32,000 nt of DNA from Faecalibaculum rodentium (GCF_001564455.1 NZ_CP011391.1:2130001-2162000), one strand, 5' to 3'; positions 16,556 to 27,321 are shown, counted from the first letter of the stretch. Numbers and translations are program-made. The notes: generated by a model from the letters alone, not told the origin.

Positions 16556-17244
16556 GCACGCATCCTCCTCTTGAATGCCTCGGAAATGCTGGTGCCTGTC
16601 CGCTGCCGGAGTTCGTCCGCATCTTCTTCCAGGATCACCTGTCCCTGGTCAATGAACGCCACCCTGTCCAGGATCCGTTCCACGTCAGACACCAGATGAG
16701 TGGACAGAATCATGGTGCTTCCCGGACGGTATCCCGTCAGAATCGTGTCCAGGATTTCCTCCCTGGTGACGGGATCCACCCCGGCCATCGGTTCATCCAG
16801 CAGATACAGGTCGGCATCCCGCGCCATGACCAACACCAGCTGCAGTTTTTCCCGCATGCCCTTGGACATTTCCCGAAGCCGCATACCCGGAACCAGGTTC
16901 AGCTGCTTCAGCATCTCATCGGCTCTGCTGCGATTGAAATCCAGAAAGAAATCCTGCCAGAAGTTCAGAGTGTGCCGGACTGACCAGGACAGGTCCAGTC
17001 CGGAGAGTTCCGGCAGCCAGGAAACCCTGGCCTTTGTGGCAGTGCCGGGTATCTGTCCATCCAGGATGACTGTCCCGGAATCGGGACGGATGACGCCTGC
17101 CAGGGTTTTGATCAGCGTGGATTTCCCCTGTCCGTTTTTGCCCAGGAGCCCGAGGATCTGCCCCTCGGGGACCGTGAGCGTGAGTCCATCCATGGCCTGC
17201 ACTGTTTTATAGGTCTTGACCAGGTCTCTGCATTCGATTTTCAT
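16552..17244 (-). CDS. ABC transporter ATP-binding protein
   Basis: 230 aa. Walker A GKNGQGKST, signature-like MSKGMREK, Walker B LYLLDEP. ATGA overlap with the regulator gene. Confidence 0.9.
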   Translation of the reverse strand: MKIECRDLVKTYKTVQAMDGLTLTVPEGQILGLLGKNGQGKSTLIKTLAGVIRPDSGTVILDGQIPGTATKARVSWLPELSGLDLSWSVRHTLNFWQDFFLDFNRSRADEMLKQLNLVPGMRLREMSKGMREKLQLVLVMARDADLYLLDEPMAGVDPVTREEILDTILTGYRPGSTMILSTHLVSDVERILDRVAFIDQGQVILEEDADELRQRTGTSISEAFKRRMRA

Positions 17245-17600
17245 ATACTGATGCCTTTCTTGCGCAGCAGGGCTGCGATGTCTTCCTTCGTATATCCCAG
17301 CTGTTTCATCTGGCTGAGATAGCGGTCCGTCACTTCCCGGGCTTCATCCCGGGCTCTTTCTGTCAGAAGTCTGGAGTCGGCCGCAACATATTTGCCGGCT
17401 CCGCGCCGCGTGGTGATCAGGCCTTCTCTCTCCAGCTGCGCCAGAGCCTTCACCATGGTGTTGGGATTGACCTGCAGTTCCAGAGCCCATTCCCGCACAG
17501 AGGGGAGCTTTTCCCCTTCTCCCCATGTACCGGCGATGATGCCCTGGCGGATATGCTCCACGATCTGCAGCCAGATCGGGCGCTGATTGTCAAACTCCAT
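17241..17600 (-). CDS. GntR-family regulator, YtrA subfamily (short C-terminus)
   Basis: 119 aa. wHTH KLPSVREWALELQVNPNTMVKALAQLEREGLI, with only about 50 aa after it. First gene of an ABC operon. RBS GGAGG. Confidence 0.85.
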   Translation of the reverse strand: MEFDNQRPIWLQIVEHIRQGIIAGTWGEGEKLPSVREWALELQVNPNTMVKALAQLEREGLITTRRGAGKYVAADSRLLTERARDEAREVTDRYLSQMKQLGYTKEDIAALLRKKGISI

Positions 17601-17614
17601 CCCCTGCCTCCTCT

Positions 17615-17642
17615 CTACTGTACTACTACACTAGTACAGTAG
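17615..17642. promoter_or_regulatory. 11-bp perfect inverted repeat CTACTGTACTA-N6-TAGTACAGTAG, candidate YtrA-type operator
   Basis: Begins 15 nt upstream of the regulator ATG (17600), just 5' of its RBS, in the divergent intergenic region shared with nrdG. Confidence 0.55.
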
Positions 17643-17736
17643 AACATTGCTGTCAATCCTCTTTTGAGTGCGGGTGACCTGCCGGGATTGTACAGATGAT
17701 GTCCGCGGATTGTCGCCTGTCTGTTATGATGGGGGC

Positions 17737-18258
17737 ATGAATTACGGAGAAATCAAAACCTATGACATCGCCAATGGCGAAGGTGTCCGGGTAACGCTGT
17801 TTGTATCCGGGTGCCGCAACCACTGTTTCAACTGCTTCCAGCCCCAGACCTGGGATTTTGGCTACGGACAGCCCTTTGACCAGGCTGCCAGGGACCAGAT
17901 CTTCCAGGCACTGGATCATGCCTACATCCAGGGACTCACCCTTCTTGGCGGTGATCCCTTTGAGCCGGAAAACCAGGCAGATCTCGTGCCGTTTCTGGAA
18001 GAAGTGAAAGCGCGGTATCCGGACAAGGACATCTGGGCCTTTACCGGCTACATTCTGGACCAGGACCTGCTGGATGGCGGCCGGCGGCATGGGCCCTGGA
18101 CCGACCGCTTCCTGTCCCTGCTGGATATCCTGGTGGATGGACCCTTTGTGCAGAATTTATATGACATTTCCCTGAAATTCCGGGGCAGCTCCAACCAGAG
18201 GATCATTGACATGAAACAGTCCCTGGCCAGCCAGGATGTGATCCTGTACATGGAATGA
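17737..18258 (+). CDS. nrdG: Anaerobic ribonucleoside-triphosphate reductase activating protein (radical SAM)
   Basis: 173 aa from MNYGEIKTYDIANGEGVRVTLFVSGCRNHCFNCFQPQTW. CX3CX2C cluster, then the later GGDPF motif. Confidence 0.85.
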   Translation: MNYGEIKTYDIANGEGVRVTLFVSGCRNHCFNCFQPQTWDFGYGQPFDQAARDQIFQALDHAYIQGLTLLGGDPFEPENQADLVPFLEEVKARYPDKDIWAFTGYILDQDLLDGGRRHGPWTDRFLSLLDILVDGPFVQNLYDISLKFRGSSNQRIIDMKQSLASQDVILYME

Positions 18259-18368
18259 AGCCTGAATGGCTGTTCCTGGAGACCCGTCTGGTCCCGATCT
18301 GTTTTTCAGCGCCCTATCCGCCGGGCGGGCCGGTTCGACAAATCTTGAAGAAATGTGAACAGGGACTA

Positions 18369-18377
18369 TGCTAGAAT
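18369..18377 (+). promoter_or_regulatory. Extended -10 element TGcTAGAAT
   Basis: Lies 43 nt upstream of the ATG at 18420. No good -35 at 17 nt. Confidence 0.4.
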
Positions 18378-18419
18378 GAGTTTCAGAAAGCATTTTCAGA
18401 AAATGGAGGACTATTGGGG

Positions 18420-19142
18420 ATGGACAACAGAAGAGAAACGTTTGTGGACAAAGTGGACAGTCAGCTGAAGGGACTTTCAGAGCAGTCTCTGCATGTGTTT
18501 GCCATCATCCTGCGGGTCGCAGGCGTGGCGCTGTTCCTGGAAAGCTGCAGTGAGGGGCCCTTCATACTGAGTCTGATTTTCCTGATCCTGACCATGTCTC
18601 TGGCCGACTACCTGGACAAGCTCCGGAAAAGACGGCGCAAGACTGCAAAAATGAAGGACTACATCGATGTGGAAGCCACGCCGCATGTAGAGCCAAAGCC
18701 GAAAATCCCGACACCACCCGCCATTCACCCGGCGTATACCCGGACCCTCGCGGAACTGGAGCGCTCCGCTTCCCAGCTGGAACGGCAGTTCACACAGCTG
18801 GATGCTTTCCTGGACGACTTCTTCCAGGACAGCAGCATCTCCAAGGACAAGTACCTGTCTCAGATCGATGCAGCCCGGAAGGCCTGCCGGAAAAACCTGG
18901 AGAAAGCCACCAATGCCGTGAATCTGTTCGGTGATTCCAATCCGCCTTCCCCGACACGCCAGGAAGTGCTGGACGGTTACGTGGAAAGTTCCCGGCGGAC
19001 TGTCTCGGACGTGAACGCCATCATTGATGAACTGCTCCGGGTGGATCAGTCCAATACCAAGCTCACCTACGAGTTCCTGGACGAAAACCTCGGACAGCTG
19101 AAAAATGTCACCAGTCACTACGACAAGGCCCGGACCCGATAA
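18420..19142 (+). CDS. Hypothetical membrane-anchored protein with a helical C-terminal domain
   Basis: About 240 aa. N-terminal hydrophobic segments VFAIILRVAGVALFL and FILSLIFLILTMSLA, a basic stretch KLRKRRRKTAK, a Pro-rich linker, and a predicted helical tail. RBS GGAGGA. Confidence 0.6.
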   Translation: MDNRRETFVDKVDSQLKGLSEQSLHVFAIILRVAGVALFLESCSEGPFILSLIFLILTMSLADYLDKLRKRRRKTAKMKDYIDVEATPHVEPKPKIPTPPAIHPAYTRTLAELERSASQLERQFTQLDAFLDDFFQDSSISKDKYLSQIDAARKACRKNLEKATNAVNLFGDSNPPSPTRQEVLDGYVESSRRTVSDVNAIIDELLRVDQSNTKLTYEFLDENLGQLKNVTSHYDKARTR

Positions 19143-19166
19143 GCAGGAACACCACCTGCTTTTTTG
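19142..19166 (+). terminator. Intrinsic terminator
   Basis: AGCAGG-N7-CCTGCT followed by TTTTT, starting at the stop codon. Confidence 0.7.
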
Positions 19167-19207
19167 CTGTCTGGAACCCAGTCTGCAGACTCCCCGTTGC
19201 CCCAAAT

Positions 19208-19274
19208 GAAAAAGGACCTCTGATTCCTGTCCGACATGCCTGCCACAGGAAATCAAAGGTCCTTTCTGTTTTCA
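19208..19274. terminator. Long hairpin between convergent genes, likely a bidirectional terminator
   Basis: AAAGGACCTCTGATTCCTGT-N14-ACAGGAAATCAAAGGTCCTTT (about 20 bp, one mismatch, one bulge). An A-run lies 5' and a T-rich tail lies 3'. Confidence 0.65.
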
Positions 19275-19329
19275 GATCACGGCATAAACGGGTTGTCCGA
19301 ATGGTCTGAACATCCCCTGATGCACAGAC

Positions 19330-19704
19330 TCAGTCCAGGTCCGCGATCAGTTCCACTTCCACCTTCACGCCTTTGGGCAGATCTTTGACTGCCACACAGC
19401 TGCGCGCCGGCTTGTCTGTGATGAACTCGCCGTATACCTCGTTGAACGCCGCAAAATCATTGATATCCGCCAGAAAACAGGTGGATTTGATCACCTTCGT
19501 GAAATCCGTCCCGGCTGCTTCCAGCACAGCCTGCAGGTTTTTCATGACCTGTTTCGTCTGGCAGCGGATGCAGCCTTCTTTGATTTTGCCGGTTTCCGGA
19601 ATGATAGGGATCTGTCCGCTGGTGTACAGCACCCCGTGACAGGCCACCGCCTGGGAGTAGGGACCGATCGCTGCCGGTGCCTGGTCTGTATGAATCTTTT
19701 CCAT
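19330..19704 (-). CDS. ridA: RidA family enamine/imine deaminase
   Basis: 124 aa. MEKIHTDQAPAAIGPYSQAV...SGQIP...ARSCVAVKDLPKGVKVEVE is typical of the YjgF/RidA family. RBS AAAGGAAG. The longer 220-aa ORF is an artefactual upstream extension. Confidence 0.9.
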   Translation of the reverse strand: MEKIHTDQAPAAIGPYSQAVACHGVLYTSGQIPIIPETGKIKEGCIRCQTKQVMKNLQAVLEAAGTDFTKVIKSTCFLADINDFAAFNEVYGEFITDKPARSCVAVKDLPKGVKVEVELIADLD

Positions 19705-19765
19705 GATATCTTCCTTTCCGGATCTGCTTTGCTTCCCGATCCGTGATGTTCTGCCGGTGCTTTTC

Positions 19766-20962
19766 TCAGTCCAGCACCCGGAAACCGGCATCCGCGAGTC
19801 CCTGCCGGACTTCCCGGATGTGGGCCCGGTCACGGGTTTCCACGCTGATCCGCAGCACACAGGCTGTGATGCTGGAGCCCTCGCTGGCCTTTTCATAGGC
19901 AACCGTCTGCACATTGGCCCCGAGCTCGCCAAGGATTCCGGATACAGCCGACAGCTGCCCGGGCTTGTCCTCCAGCTCAATGGCCAGCACATCGCTTCGG
20001 CCGCTGGTCATGAGACCCCGTTCGATGATCTTCGAGAGAATCGTCACATCGATGTTTCCCCCGGAAACCACGCACACGATTTTCTTCAAGTCCTGCGGCA
20101 GCTTGTCAAACATCACCGCCGCCACGGACACTGCCCCGGCTCCTTCCGCGATCAGCTTCTGCTGCTCGATCAGCGCCAGAATCGCCGCGGCGATTTCATC
20201 GTCGTTGACCGTCACAATGCCATCCAGATAGTCCCGGCACAGGGCGAAGGTGTTGTCTCCCGGCTCCTTGACCTTGATGCCGTCTGCCACAGTGGTCACT
20301 TCCTCCAGACAGACGACCCGTTCTTCCTCCAGGCTGGCCGCCATGCTCGCGGCCCCCTCTGCCTGCACGCCATAGACTTTGATGTCCGGACGCAGCGACT
20401 TCACTGCAAAGGCGATGCCGGACGCCAGGCCGCCACCGCCAATGGGCACAACCACTGCATCCGCGTCCTGGATCTGGTCCAGAATCTCCAGGCCAATGGT
20501 TCCCTGCCCGGCAATCACGAGTTCATCGTTGAAGGGATGCACGAATGTGTATCCTTCCTCCTGTGCCAGGCGCAGCGCTTCCTCGTAGGCATCATCATAG
20601 ACCCCGGGCACCAGCTTCACCGTGGCGCCATAGGCCTTGGTGGCTTCGACTTTGGAAATGGGAGCCCCGTCCGGCAGGCAGATGATGGAGGGAATGCCGT
20701 TGGCTGTGGCAGCCAGCGCAACCCCCTGTGCATGATTGCCCGCGCTACAGGCCACCACCCCATGCTTTCGTTCCTCGTCCGTCAGCTGGGAGATCTTGTA
20801 ATAGGCACCCCGCAGCTTGAAGGACCCGGTGTTCTGAAGGTTCTCGGTTTTCAGGAACACCTCCCGTCCCGGCGCGATCTTCGGTGCCAGGATCAGGTCC
20901 GTCTGACGGGCCACATCCCGCAGCACATACCGTGCATGATAGACTTTGTCCAGTGTCAGCAT
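19766..20962 (-). CDS. ilvA: Threonine ammonia-lyase (threonine dehydratase) with a single C-terminal ACT-like domain
   Basis: 398 aa. PLP-lysine motif GSFKLRGA, the GGGGL loop, and a C-terminal regulatory domain of about 80 aa. Confidence 0.9.
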   Translation of the reverse strand: MLTLDKVYHARYVLRDVARQTDLILAPKIAPGREVFLKTENLQNTGSFKLRGAYYKISQLTDEERKHGVVACSAGNHAQGVALAATANGIPSIICLPDGAPISKVEATKAYGATVKLVPGVYDDAYEEALRLAQEEGYTFVHPFNDELVIAGQGTIGLEILDQIQDADAVVVPIGGGGLASGIAFAVKSLRPDIKVYGVQAEGAASMAASLEEERVVCLEEVTTVADGIKVKEPGDNTFALCRDYLDGIVTVNDDEIAAAILALIEQQKLIAEGAGAVSVAAVMFDKLPQDLKKIVCVVSGGNIDVTILSKIIERGLMTSGRSDVLAIELEDKPGQLSAVSGILGELGANVQTVAYEKASEGSSITACVLRISVETRDRAHIREVRQGLADAGFRVLD

Positions 20963-22152
20963 TCCGTTTCTCCTCCCTTGTCCTTTGCAGCGAGCTGATC
21001 CACCAGCTGCCTGGCAGCCCGGGCACTGCGGCCGGCTTTTCGCAGGGCGAACTGTTCTGCCAGCTTGACCAGGTCCTTTTCCCGGATCCCCTCCCGCTTT
21101 GCGAGAGAATCCACGATCTGCAGATACAGCGCCTTGTCCGGTTTTTCGAAGTATACCCGCAGCCCGAACCGTTCGGAGAGAGACACCGTTTCCTGCATCG
21201 TATCCTGCCGGTGGATTTCGTCGCCCTCCCGCGCCTGGAAGGTTTCCTTGACAATGTGCCGGCGATTGCTCGTGGCGTAAATCACCGTATTGCGGCTTCT
21301 CGTGCTGGCACTGCCCTCCAGGACAGCTTTCAGTGCGGCAAAGTCATCATCGTTTTCGCGGAAACTCAGGTCGTCTATGAACAGAATGAACTTCAGCGGC
21401 TGCCCCGCCAGTTCATCCAGCAGACCCGGCAGCAGGTGCAGACTGCTTTTGTTCAGCTCGATCAGCCGGATTCCTTCATCCCGCAGCTCGTTGGCCACGG
21501 CCTTCACCGTCGCCGATTTGCCGGTCCCGGCATCACCATACAGCAGGATATTGGCAGCCTTTGCACCATTGGCCAGGGCCTGTGTGTTGTCCAGCACTTC
21601 CTGCTGCTGGCGCTTGTAGCCCACCAGATCTGACAGCTTCACCGGATCGGGGTTTGTCACAGGCAGCAGCCGGTACCCGGCATCCGTTCTGTCATCCGCC
21701 TCCAGCCGGAACATGTGCCATTTTGCAAAGGCCCCGAACCCATGGCGGCTGACGGAAGACACACGCTCCAGCCACAGGGGGTACAGACTGCACTCGTCTT
21801 CCACGGTATACCCGGCTTTGTAGCCATAGATGTCAAAAAAACCCGGAGAGAGCAGCGCCATTTCCGACAGAGCATAGAGCTCCGTCTTGGCAGCCGAGAG
21901 CATCACCGCCGGAATCATCTTCTGGCGGCTTGCCAGTTTCACACAGCCGGTTTCCAGCGAGAGGACCTGTTCCCGGAAATACCGGGTCCAGTTTGTGTTT
22001 CCCGTTTCATAGAGCTCATGCACAAACAGTGCATAGCTCTCCGGTGTGGGGTCCTTCAGCAGTTCATAAAATGCATGGATCACCGGATCCTCTTCAAGTC
22101 CCCGGAACAGGGCGAAGCACCGGGTCCAGCCGTAATAGTCCCGCGGCGTCAT
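20956..22152 (-). CDS. DUF815-type AAA-like ATP-binding protein
   Basis: 398 aa. Walker A GDAGTGKS, Walker B FILFIDDLSF. Start overlaps the ilvD stop (TGATG). Stop overlaps the ilvA start by 7 nt (ATGCTGA). Confidence 0.75.
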   Translation of the reverse strand: MTPRDYYGWTRCFALFRGLEEDPVIHAFYELLKDPTPESYALFVHELYETGNTNWTRYFREQVLSLETGCVKLASRQKMIPAVMLSAAKTELYALSEMALLSPGFFDIYGYKAGYTVEDECSLYPLWLERVSSVSRHGFGAFAKWHMFRLEADDRTDAGYRLLPVTNPDPVKLSDLVGYKRQQQEVLDNTQALANGAKAANILLYGDAGTGKSATVKAVANELRDEGIRLIELNKSSLHLLPGLLDELAGQPLKFILFIDDLSFRENDDDFAALKAVLEGSASTRSRNTVIYATSNRRHIVKETFQAREGDEIHRQDTMQETVSLSERFGLRVYFEKPDKALYLQIVDSLAKREGIREKDLVKLAEQFALRKAGRSARAARQLVDQLAAKDKGGETEC

Positions 22153-23813
22153 CAGCGGTTGATCACGGCGCCTTTGTCCGCGCTGGATACCATGGATGCA
22201 TACCGCTTCAGGTAGCCCTTCACGTTTTCTTTCTTTTTGATGGGCATTTCCTGCTTCCGCTGTTCGATCTCGGCTTCAGGCACCAGCAGTTCGATGGTGT
22301 GGTTCGGGATGTCGATTGCGATCCGGTCCCCGTCCTTCACATAGGCAATCAGTCCTCCGTGCACGGCTTCCGGCGATACATGGCCAATGGATGCCCCGCG
22401 GGTGGCGCCGGAGAAGCGGCCGTCTGTGATCAGTGCCACTTCCTTGTCCAGTCCCATGCCGGCAATGGCAGAGGTCGGAGACAGCATTTCCCGCATGCCC
22501 GGGCCGCCTGCAGGCCCTTCATAGCGGATCACGATCACATCGCCGGCTTCGATTTTGCCTCCGAAAATGCCGGCAATGGCCTCTTCCTCGCTGTCAAACA
22601 CCTTGGCGGGTCCTTCATGCACCAGCATTTCCGGCGCCACGGCACTCTGCTTCACCACGCAGCCATCCGGCGCCAGATTGCCCCGGAGCACCGCAATGCC
22701 CCCGGTTTTTGAATAGGCGTTCTCCGGCTTGCGGATGACCTCCGGATTCAGGTTTTCGTGCCCCTGCAGGTTTTCCTTCATGGTTTTTCCGGTGACTGTC
22801 ATCACACTGGTATCCAGCAGACCCAGCTGATCGAGCTCGTTGAGCACCGCATACACCCCGCCTGCCGCGTTCAGGTCTTCCATATAGGTGGGACCGGCCG
22901 GGGCCAGGTGACACAGGTTCGGGGTCACGGCCGAAATCTCATTCGCCAGATCCAGGTTGATGTCCACGCCGCATTCATGAGCGATCGCCGGCAGGTGCAG
23001 CATGGAGTTCGTGCTGCATCCCAGTGCCATGTCCGCCGTCAGGGCGTTGCGGAACGCAGCTTCCGTCATGATATCCAGCGGACGGATGTCCTTTTCAATC
23101 AGATCCATGATCTGCATGCCTGCATGTTTGGCCAGCTCGATCCTGGAAGAGTACACCGCGGGGATCGTGCCGTTGCCCGCCAGGCCCATGCCCAGCACTT
23201 CCGTCAGACAGTTGTGGGAGTTCGCAGTATACATCCCGGAGCAGGAACCACAGGACGGGCAGGTGTTCAGCTCATATTCCTTCAGCTTTGTCTCGTCGAT
23301 CTTGCCGGCTTTGTATTTGCCCACGGCTTCGAACATGCTGGACAGGGAGGTCTTGTGGCCGTCAATGCGTCCCGCTAACATCGGCCCCCCGGAGACAAAG
23401 ATTGTCGGCAGGTTCAGACGTGCTGCAGCCATGAGCAGACCGGGGACATTTTTATCGCAGTTGGGCACCATGACCAGGGCATCAAAGGCATGGGCCAGGG
23501 CCATGGCTTCCGTGCTGTCGGCAATCAGGTCCCGGGTCACCAGGGAATACTTCATGCCCTCATGTCCCATGGCAATGCCGTCACAGACCGCAATGGCCGG
23601 GAACACCACCGGAGTGCCGCCTGCCATCGCGACGCCCATTTTCACCGCATCGGTGATTTTGTCCAGGTTCATGTGCCCCGGCACGATTTCATTCCAGGAA
23701 GACACGATGCCCACCAGGGGCCGCCGCATTTCCTCTTCCGTCATGCCCAGGGCATGCAGAAGGCTGCGCTGGGGTGCCTTCTCCTGCCCGGTTTTCATAT
23801 TGTCACTTTTCAT
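22152..23813 (-). CDS. ilvD: Dihydroxy-acid dehydratase
   Basis: [23 protein letters not shown]...[15 protein letters not shown]...PNCDKNVPG...SGGPM are typical IlvD blocks. Alternative in-frame starts exist at 23825 (ATG) and 23831 (GTG). Confidence 0.9.
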   Translation of the reverse strand: MKSDNMKTGQEKAPQRSLLHALGMTEEEMRRPLVGIVSSWNEIVPGHMNLDKITDAVKMGVAMAGGTPVVFPAIAVCDGIAMGHEGMKYSLVTRDLIADSTEAMALAHAFDALVMVPNCDKNVPGLLMAAARLNLPTIFVSGGPMLAGRIDGHKTSLSSMFEAVGKYKAGKIDETKLKEYELNTCPSCGSCSGMYTANSHNCLTEVLGMGLAGNGTIPAVYSSRIELAKHAGMQIMDLIEKDIRPLDIMTEAAFRNALTADMALGCSTNSMLHLPAIAHECGVDINLDLANEISAVTPNLCHLAPAGPTYMEDLNAAGGVYAVLNELDQLGLLDTSVMTVTGKTMKENLQGHENLNPEVIRKPENAYSKTGGIAVLRGNLAPDGCVVKQSAVAPEMLVHEGPAKVFDSEEEAIAGIFGGKIEAGDVIVIRYEGPAGGPGMREMLSPTSAIAGMGLDKEVALITDGRFSGATRGASIGHVSPEAVHGGLIAYVKDGDRIAIDIPNHTIELLVPEAEIEQRKQEMPIKKKENVKGYLKRYASMVSSADKGAVINR

Positions 23814-23895
23814 ATCGCTTACCATCGTCACTTTCTGTCAGCCAGGGTCAGAGCTGTTCCCTGCCGGAACCGGCTCTGTCTGGTTCTGTATATGG

Positions 23896-23926
23896 CAATA
23901 AGGACAGTGAAGCACTGTCCTTATTG
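23896..23926. other. Perfect 14-bp hairpin in the ilvC-ilvD spacer
   Basis: CAATAAGGACAGTG-aag-CACTGTCCTTATTG. No U-tract on either strand. Confidence 0.6.
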
Positions 23927-24056
23927 CGGTTGATTCATCCCGGCGTCCTCTCCTGATTACAGGGTCCGTATCAGAGCTTTTGAAATCGGGTCAGAATGCC
24001 CGGATCTGCGGTCCTGGGAGAGCGCAAACCCCGTTTGCGTTCCGGGGAATGTCAGA

Positions 24057-25611
<1,555 letters not shown>

Positions 25612-25613
25612 GC

Positions 25614-27284
25614 TTAGACCTCCGTGATGATGTCGTCAAAGGAGCCCCCGGGGGGCAGCATCGGAAGAACGAATGCATCCGGATCAATGGCCACATCCAC
25701 CACCACCGGTCCTGTGTGGGCAAATGCTTCGGCCATGACCGGTCCCAGTTCCTGCCGGTTCATGATTCTCAGTCCTCTGGCACCGAAGGCTTCAGCCAGC
25801 TTCACGAAATCCGTCTGCCGGTTCAGGGTGGTCTGGGAATAGTGTTTGTCGAAGAACAGATTCTGCCACTGCCTGACCATGCCCAGCACATTGTTGTTCA
25901 TGATCACGATCACCAGCGGGGTGTTCTGACTTACGGCGGTGGCCAGTTCATTCAGGTTCATGCCGAAGGAACCGTCACCGGTAAAGAGCACCGTTTTCTT
26001 TCCTGTGGCCTGGGCAGCTCCGATGGCGGCGCCCATGCCGAATCCCATGGTTCCCAGACCGCCGGAGGTGATAAAGGTCCGGCGCTTGTGGAAGGGATAG
26101 TACTGGGCTGTCCACATCTGGTGCTGTCCCACATCCGTGACCACCGGGGTGTCGGCCTCCGTATGACGGGCGACTTCCCAGATCAGGGAATGGGGTGTGA
26201 GCTCCTTTGGATCCAGCGTGGCTTCCAGCTGTTCCTCGCCAATCACCCGCAGGGCATCCAGGCGGGCGTTCCACGCGGGATGACGGGCTGGCTTAACTGC
26301 TTCGATGAGCGCTGTCAGGGCCTCCTTCAGGTCCCCGCCAATCCCCAGATCGGAGGATATGTTCTTGTCGATTTCCGCCCGGTCGATGTCCATGTGAATG
26401 ATGCGGGCGCCTTTTGCATATTTGCTGACATCGCCGGTGGCACGGTCCGAGAACCGGGCTCCGATGGCAATGATGAGATCCGCTTCATCCTGTCCCACGG
26501 AGGCCGGATAATGTCCGTGCATGCCCACCATGCCCAGGAACCGTTCGTTGTCGTTGTCGATGGCAGACAGGCCCATCAGCGTGGAACCGATGGGTGCATC
26601 GATTTTTTCCGCCAGTGCCAGGACTTCCTCCGAGGCATCTGCGGTGATGACACCGCCGCCTATATAAATATAAGGAGAGACGGCTTCGGCAATCATGTCC
26701 GCCGCTGCCTGGATTTTTCTGAGCTTGACCGGTCGCTGTGCTTCCTTTTCCACCACCGGTACCGGTTCATATTCCTGCATCTGGACCTGCACATCCTTGG
26801 GGATGTCCACCAGCACCGGACCGGGCCTTCCGGATTTTGCGATCCGGAAGGCTTTCCGGATGGTGTCCGCCAGCTCTGTATAGTCCTTGACGAAAAAATT
26901 GTGTTTGGTGACCGGCAGCGTTACACCGGTGATGTCCACTTCCTGGAAACTGTCCCGGCCGATCAGAGCATTGGGCACGTTCCCGGTGATGGCCACCAGC
27001 GGCGTGGAATCCAGGTACGCCGTGGCGATGCCGGTTACAAGGTTTGTCGCACCGGGGCCGGAAGTGGCAATGACCACGCCCACATCCCCCGTGGCTCTGG
27101 CATAGCCGTCCGCGGCATGACAGGCACCCTGTTCGTGGGCTGTCAGCACGTGATGGATGCGGTCTTCCCGCTTGTACAGGGCATCATACAGATTGATGAC
27201 CTGTCCGCCCGGGTATCCAAACACAGTCTTTGTTCCCTGCTCAATCAGAGTTTCAATTACAATATCCGCACCACTAAGCAGCAT
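25614..27284 (-). CDS. ilvB: Acetolactate synthase large (catalytic) subunit, biosynthetic type
   Basis: 556 aa. ThDP-enzyme blocks GYPGG, HEQGA.HAADGYAR, SGPGATN, and the C-terminal GDGSF....EL...N motif. Confidence 0.92.
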   Translation of the reverse strand: MLLSGADIVIETLIEQGTKTVFGYPGGQVINLYDALYKREDRIHHVLTAHEQGACHAADGYARATGDVGVVIATSGPGATNLVTGIATAYLDSTPLVAITGNVPNALIGRDSFQEVDITGVTLPVTKHNFFVKDYTELADTIRKAFRIAKSGRPGPVLVDIPKDVQVQMQEYEPVPVVEKEAQRPVKLRKIQAAADMIAEAVSPYIYIGGGVITADASEEVLALAEKIDAPIGSTLMGLSAIDNDNERFLGMVGMHGHYPASVGQDEADLIIAIGARFSDRATGDVSKYAKGARIIHMDIDRAEIDKNISSDLGIGGDLKEALTALIEAVKPARHPAWNARLDALRVIGEEQLEATLDPKELTPHSLIWEVARHTEADTPVVTDVGQHQMWTAQYYPFHKRRTFITSGGLGTMGFGMGAAIGAAQATGKKTVLFTGDGSFGMNLNELATAVSQNTPLVIVIMNNNVLGMVRQWQNLFFDKHYSQTTLNRQTDFVKLAEAFGARGLRIMNRQELGPVMAEAFAHTGPVVVDVAIDPDAFVLPMLPPGGSFDDIITEV

Positions 27285-27321
27285 TCATATCCCTTCCTTT
27301 CCCTTCAGACAATGTATGTTC

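Noticed and set aside
17601-17736. NrdR box upstream of nrdG.
   Set aside because: The only dyad there (CTACTGTACTA-N6-TAGTACAGTAG) matches the NrdR consensus acaCwAtATaTwGtgt poorly. It sits at the ytrA-like gene's RBS, so I assigned it to the YtrA-type regulator instead.
19705-19992. Upstream extension of the RidA ORF to 220 aa.
   Set aside because: The extension overlaps the 3' end of ilvA and has no coding character. RidA-family proteins are about 125 aa, and an RBS precedes the ATG at 19704.
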